Under the pieces are notes generated by a model, which was not told where the DNA came from, did no database searches, and saw only the letters and a list, made by a program, of their open reading frames with translations. Of a stretch of 64,000 bases of DNA, positions 61,214 to 64,000 are shown piece after piece; positions within the stretch are counted from its first letter, which is position 1, and each line of letters starts with the position of its first letter. The stretch comes from Escherichia phage ph0011. The translations under genes and the position numbers were made by a program. Location: the sequence record OP557969.1; one strand, 5' to 3'.

Positions 61214-62335
61214 TTAAAAGGGCAACGGTAACTCAGTAAAAGTACTTACGTCCGGTAAACCATACATTGAATTAGCATCACCACAGTAATACCACTTCGT
61301 AGAATCATGTACCACCGATAAACGCTGTGCACATAACACTTCCTGTATGTCATTAAACACCATCGGGACTAACTCATATGTATCCGCAAATGAAGATACA
61401 CCACCACTCGCATGAAAAGTATTCGTCCCAGCATAAAATAACTGATTAGTGTTCTTACCCACAGCAAATGTCATCAAATCCCCATCATTCTCCCATAAAG
61501 AAGAAAACTTATCAACACTACCAGAAAGCTCTGTGTAAGTACTCGTAATGGCATTCGCCGCCGCCGCATTACCCATCTGTTTATTCAAGTTCTGTCCAGC
61601 AATAAAATATCTCGTTCGTGCACTAGAATCAGTATATAATAACCCAGTGTTCGTAGTCATCATTCCAATGTCCTTAATCGTCATACCAGTCTGTGAATAA
61701 CTTAGATACGAAGTTAAATTAACATTATTACCCAACGAACCGTTAGAACTCATACCACAACGATGTAATATACCACTTGTATCAACGTAGATAGTACTAA
61801 CTAAACTCGTATACAACTCTTGTACATTATTCGCAATAAACACAGCAGTCGCCTTATTACTAACCCCACCAAATGATAGGTTATTATCAAATCCCTTAGC
61901 GTATAATTGATTATTAGTAGTCAATAATCCAATCGTGTAATAAGACATTTTCATATCCCTTACTGTACTCAAATCTACTGCCCCAAATTGATACGTAACA
62001 TCTGTCCATTTGAAAATCTGTGCACTACCAACACCACCCGTTTCAAACCATTTGTCACCACAGTACAATATGCGATTATCCTTAGTAAAGATAACTGTTA
62101 ACAATCCACTACCACACGCAAACTTTACATCACTTCTAACCTTCGTCCAATCACGTACATAGGTAGTGGTGTTATTACCTATACCTAACTTGCCATAACG
62201 GTTATAACCACGCACCCATAAATCACCACTCTTAGTAATTAATAGTAATGCGTCTCCTGTACTTATTATTCGAAATCCCGATCTAGGATCAGGTACAATA
62301 TTCCCGTACTTAACCATTCTCCCAAAAGGTAACAT
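61214..62335 (-). CDS. beta-propeller (RCC1-like repeat) protein, MLPFGRM family paralog 1
   Basis: MLPFGRMVKYGNIVP; repeats DLWVRGYNRYGKLGIGNNTT. Confidence 0.55.
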   Translation of the reverse strand: MLPFGRMVKYGNIVPDPRSGFRIISTGDALLLITKSGDLWVRGYNRYGKLGIGNNTTTYVRDWTKVRSDVKFACGSGLLTVIFTKDNRILYCGDKWFETGGVGSAQIFKWTDVTYQFGAVDLSTVRDMKMSYYTIGLLTTNNQLYAKGFDNNLSFGGVSNKATAVFIANNVQELYTSLVSTIYVDTSGILHRCGMSSNGSLGNNVNLTSYLSYSQTGMTIKDIGMMTTNTGLLYTDSSARTRYFIAGQNLNKQMGNAAAANAITSTYTELSGSVDKFSSLWENDGDLMTFAVGKNTNQLFYAGTNTFHASGGVSSFADTYELVPMVFNDIQEVLCAQRLSVVHDSTKWYYCGDANSMYGLPDVSTFTELPLPF

Positions 62336-62384
62336 ATTTCCCTCCTTTATTCATCATCTCATATTTACCCCATAAAGAAAACAC

Positions 62385-62413
62385 TTGACACCCTTTCAGT
62401 ACTGTTGTACAAT
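62385..62413 (+). promoter_or_regulatory. candidate promoter
   Basis: TTGACA-N17-TACAAT; + strand resumes after the minus-strand island. Confidence 0.5.
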
Positions 62414-62438
62414 AGAAGGAATATAAGGAGAACTACAC

Positions 62439-62666
62439 ATGACAAATACACTTAAGTACTACATTAATACTCTGTCCGACCTAGAGTACGCGAAGTTTCT
62501 CGCGGATAGTTCGTGGTTGATTGGACTAAAAACACATAACAGCCCCGGATGCACCCTTATGATGTACAATGCTATTGATACCCTTATAGTGAGTATTTTA
62601 CATAGCAACATCTACGGGGATAACAATAAACAATTATCAAAAATCTTAGTACTGCTATCTCTATGA
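62439..62666 (+). CDS. small protein family B member
   Basis: YYINTLSDLEYAKF. Confidence 0.45.
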   Translation: MTNTLKYYINTLSDLEYAKFLADSSWLIGLKTHNSPGCTLMMYNAIDTLIVSILHSNIYGDNNKQLSKILVLLSL

Positions 62667-62875
62667 ACACTATGAGCACTGAACAGTTCTACATCAATGC
62701 ACTACCAACTAAAAGTCTTCAAGAAAGCCTACTGTATACACAAAAGAATCTTAAAAACTTCAAACATTGCCCTAAACTACTGAACTCGTACAGAAATAAT
62801 ATCATAAGTAATGTTTTACAAGGAGAAGAAAGTATGCAATACTATCACATCCTTATCCTTATATTGGAGTACTAA
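62663..62875 (+). CDS. small protein family B member
   Basis: FYINALPTKSLQESL...NVLQGEE. Confidence 0.45.
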   Translation: MNTMSTEQFYINALPTKSLQESLLYTQKNLKNFKHCPKLLNSYRNNIISNVLQGEESMQYYHILILILEY

Positions 62876-62876
62876 T

Positions 62877-63062
62877 ATGTATAAAGATTTCTATTGCAGT
62901 AAACTACACAAGCAATACAGGGATACATTCCCTAAAGAACCTATGCAAATGAATAGTCCCTTTTATAAATTTGACTTCAGACTGGAGACACGTTATGCAA
63001 TAGAACATCAATTCCATGAAACTAAGTACTTATCTATCATGAACCTCATCTTTAAGTTCTAA
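62877..63062 (+). CDS. small hypothetical protein
   Basis: start MYKDFYCSKLHK. Confidence 0.35.
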   Translation: MYKDFYCSKLHKQYRDTFPKEPMQMNSPFYKFDFRLETRYAIEHQFHETKYLSIMNLIFKF

Positions 63063-63073
63063 AAGAGTACTAT

Positions 63074-63286
63074 ATGAAAACTATGAACATACACCAGTAC
63101 TACTTAGATATTCTCCCTAAAGATGTACAGTTCATCCTTAAACAAGAATACAGTACTTTAAAAAACCTTAAAAGAACCGCACCGAATGCATTAATCCTGC
63201 ACCAAAAAAATGTAGTTGATAATATTCTACAAGGTGTACCAGGGACCGAGTACTTTAACATAATAAGGCTAATTACATTACCATGA
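63074..63286 (+). CDS. small protein family B member
   Basis: YYLDILPKDVQFIL...NILQGVPG. Confidence 0.45.
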   Translation: MKTMNIHQYYLDILPKDVQFILKQEYSTLKNLKRTAPNALILHQKNVVDNILQGVPGTEYFNIIRLITLP

Positions 63287-63468
63287 ATCATATATTATAC
63301 TATTACCAAAATCTATCCGACAGGGACAAGTACACCCACAACTCCAATGTATGGTACTACAAACGCGGTAGTATAAGAGACAAACAACATTACTTCTGTA
63401 TTGCTATAAAAGAAGCACTAACAACTAAGTACACGTACAGAGCAGTACTGAAACTTATTGATATGTAA
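63283..63468 (+). CDS. small protein family C member
   Basis: C-terminal KYTYRAVLKLIDM. Confidence 0.45.
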   Translation: MNHILYYYQNLSDRDKYTHNSNVWYYKRGSIRDKQHYFCIAIKEALTTKYTYRAVLKLIDM

Positions 63469-63478
63469 AGAGAATAAT

Positions 63479-63661
63479 ATGAGCATTGAATTGTACTTAA
63501 GTAAATTACAGCCTGGCGATAGATTCATCTACAATAAGTTCGAATCCAACTACAAGAACGGGAGCAACAAATATCGTCGAGGATACCTATATACAAGCAC
63601 AAGAGATGCACAAAACGAAAAGTACACATACAGAGAAGTACTAAAACTTATCTCTATATAA
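63479..63661 (+). CDS. small protein family C member
   Basis: C-terminal KYTYREVLKLISI. Confidence 0.45.
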   Translation: MSIELYLSKLQPGDRFIYNKFESNYKNGSNKYRRGYLYTSTRDAQNEKYTYREVLKLISI

Positions 63662-63669
63662 GGTAATAT

Positions 63670-63855
63670 ATGAACAATTTTGAGTACTATACCAATAAAC
63701 TATCTATGCCTGAAAGATCTCATCTCTATGTGTGGAGAAATGCGTATAAAAACGGAAATAAACTTATACAAAGAAATTCCCTTACAGTGTGTACCAATTT
63801 AATTAAAGCAGAGTACCGTACATATATTGAAGTACTGAAACTTATCTCTATCTAA
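63670..63855 (+). CDS. small protein family C member
   Basis: C-terminal YRTYIEVLKLISI. Confidence 0.45.
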   Translation: MNNFEYYTNKLSMPERSHLYVWRNAYKNGNKLIQRNSLTVCTNLIKAEYRTYIEVLKLISI

Positions 63856-63864
63856 GGTACTCTA

Positions 63865-64000
63865 TGCAAGAATTCTATATCTATAATCTCCAGCACAAAG
63901 ATAGATACAACTATAATCAATTCCAAAGGTACTACACAGTCGGGAACATCAAAGATAAAAAACGATACCTGTTATCATGTACTGTAGATGCACAAAACAA
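63865..64000 (+). CDS. small protein family C member (partial at window end)
   Basis: MQEFYIYNLQHKDRY...SCTVDAQN parallels 63479 protein. Confidence 0.35.

Overview
Dense, AT-rich, almost unidirectional (+ strand) block of short genes that reads as the early/hyperplastic region of a T4-type (T-even-like) lytic phage. Basis: a clear T4 endonuclease V (denV) homolog, a tRNA gene cluster driven by repeated TTGACT-N16/17-TATAAT early promoters, free-standing HNH homing-endonuclease genes, and six copies of a stem-loop-plus-promoter cassette resembling the PeSL elements described for T4-type genomes. Best-supported individual calls: a DNA C5-cytosine methyltransferase interrupted at its catalytic Pro-Cys motif by a 340-aa intein carrying a LAGLIDADG homing endonuclease; seven tRNAs; a sigma-70-family sigma factor; a nuclease/methylase cassette (HNH, DUF262/ParB-like GmrSD-type N-domain protein, HNH, gamma-class N6-adenine MTase). 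Most striking unexplained structure: (i) a family of at least 22 small proteins sharing a C-terminal EExFFQxST(I/V)xD motif, (ii) a minus-strand island of five tandem beta-propeller (RCC1-like) paralogs with an invariant N-terminus MLPFGRMVKYGNI and individual promoter/terminator units, (iii) two clusters (3+8) of small paralogous membrane proteins, (iv) a GC-elevated ~650-bp noncoding island after the sigma factor gene. All calls rest on reading the sequence and the ORF track; no database search was run, and most small ORFs are hypothetical.
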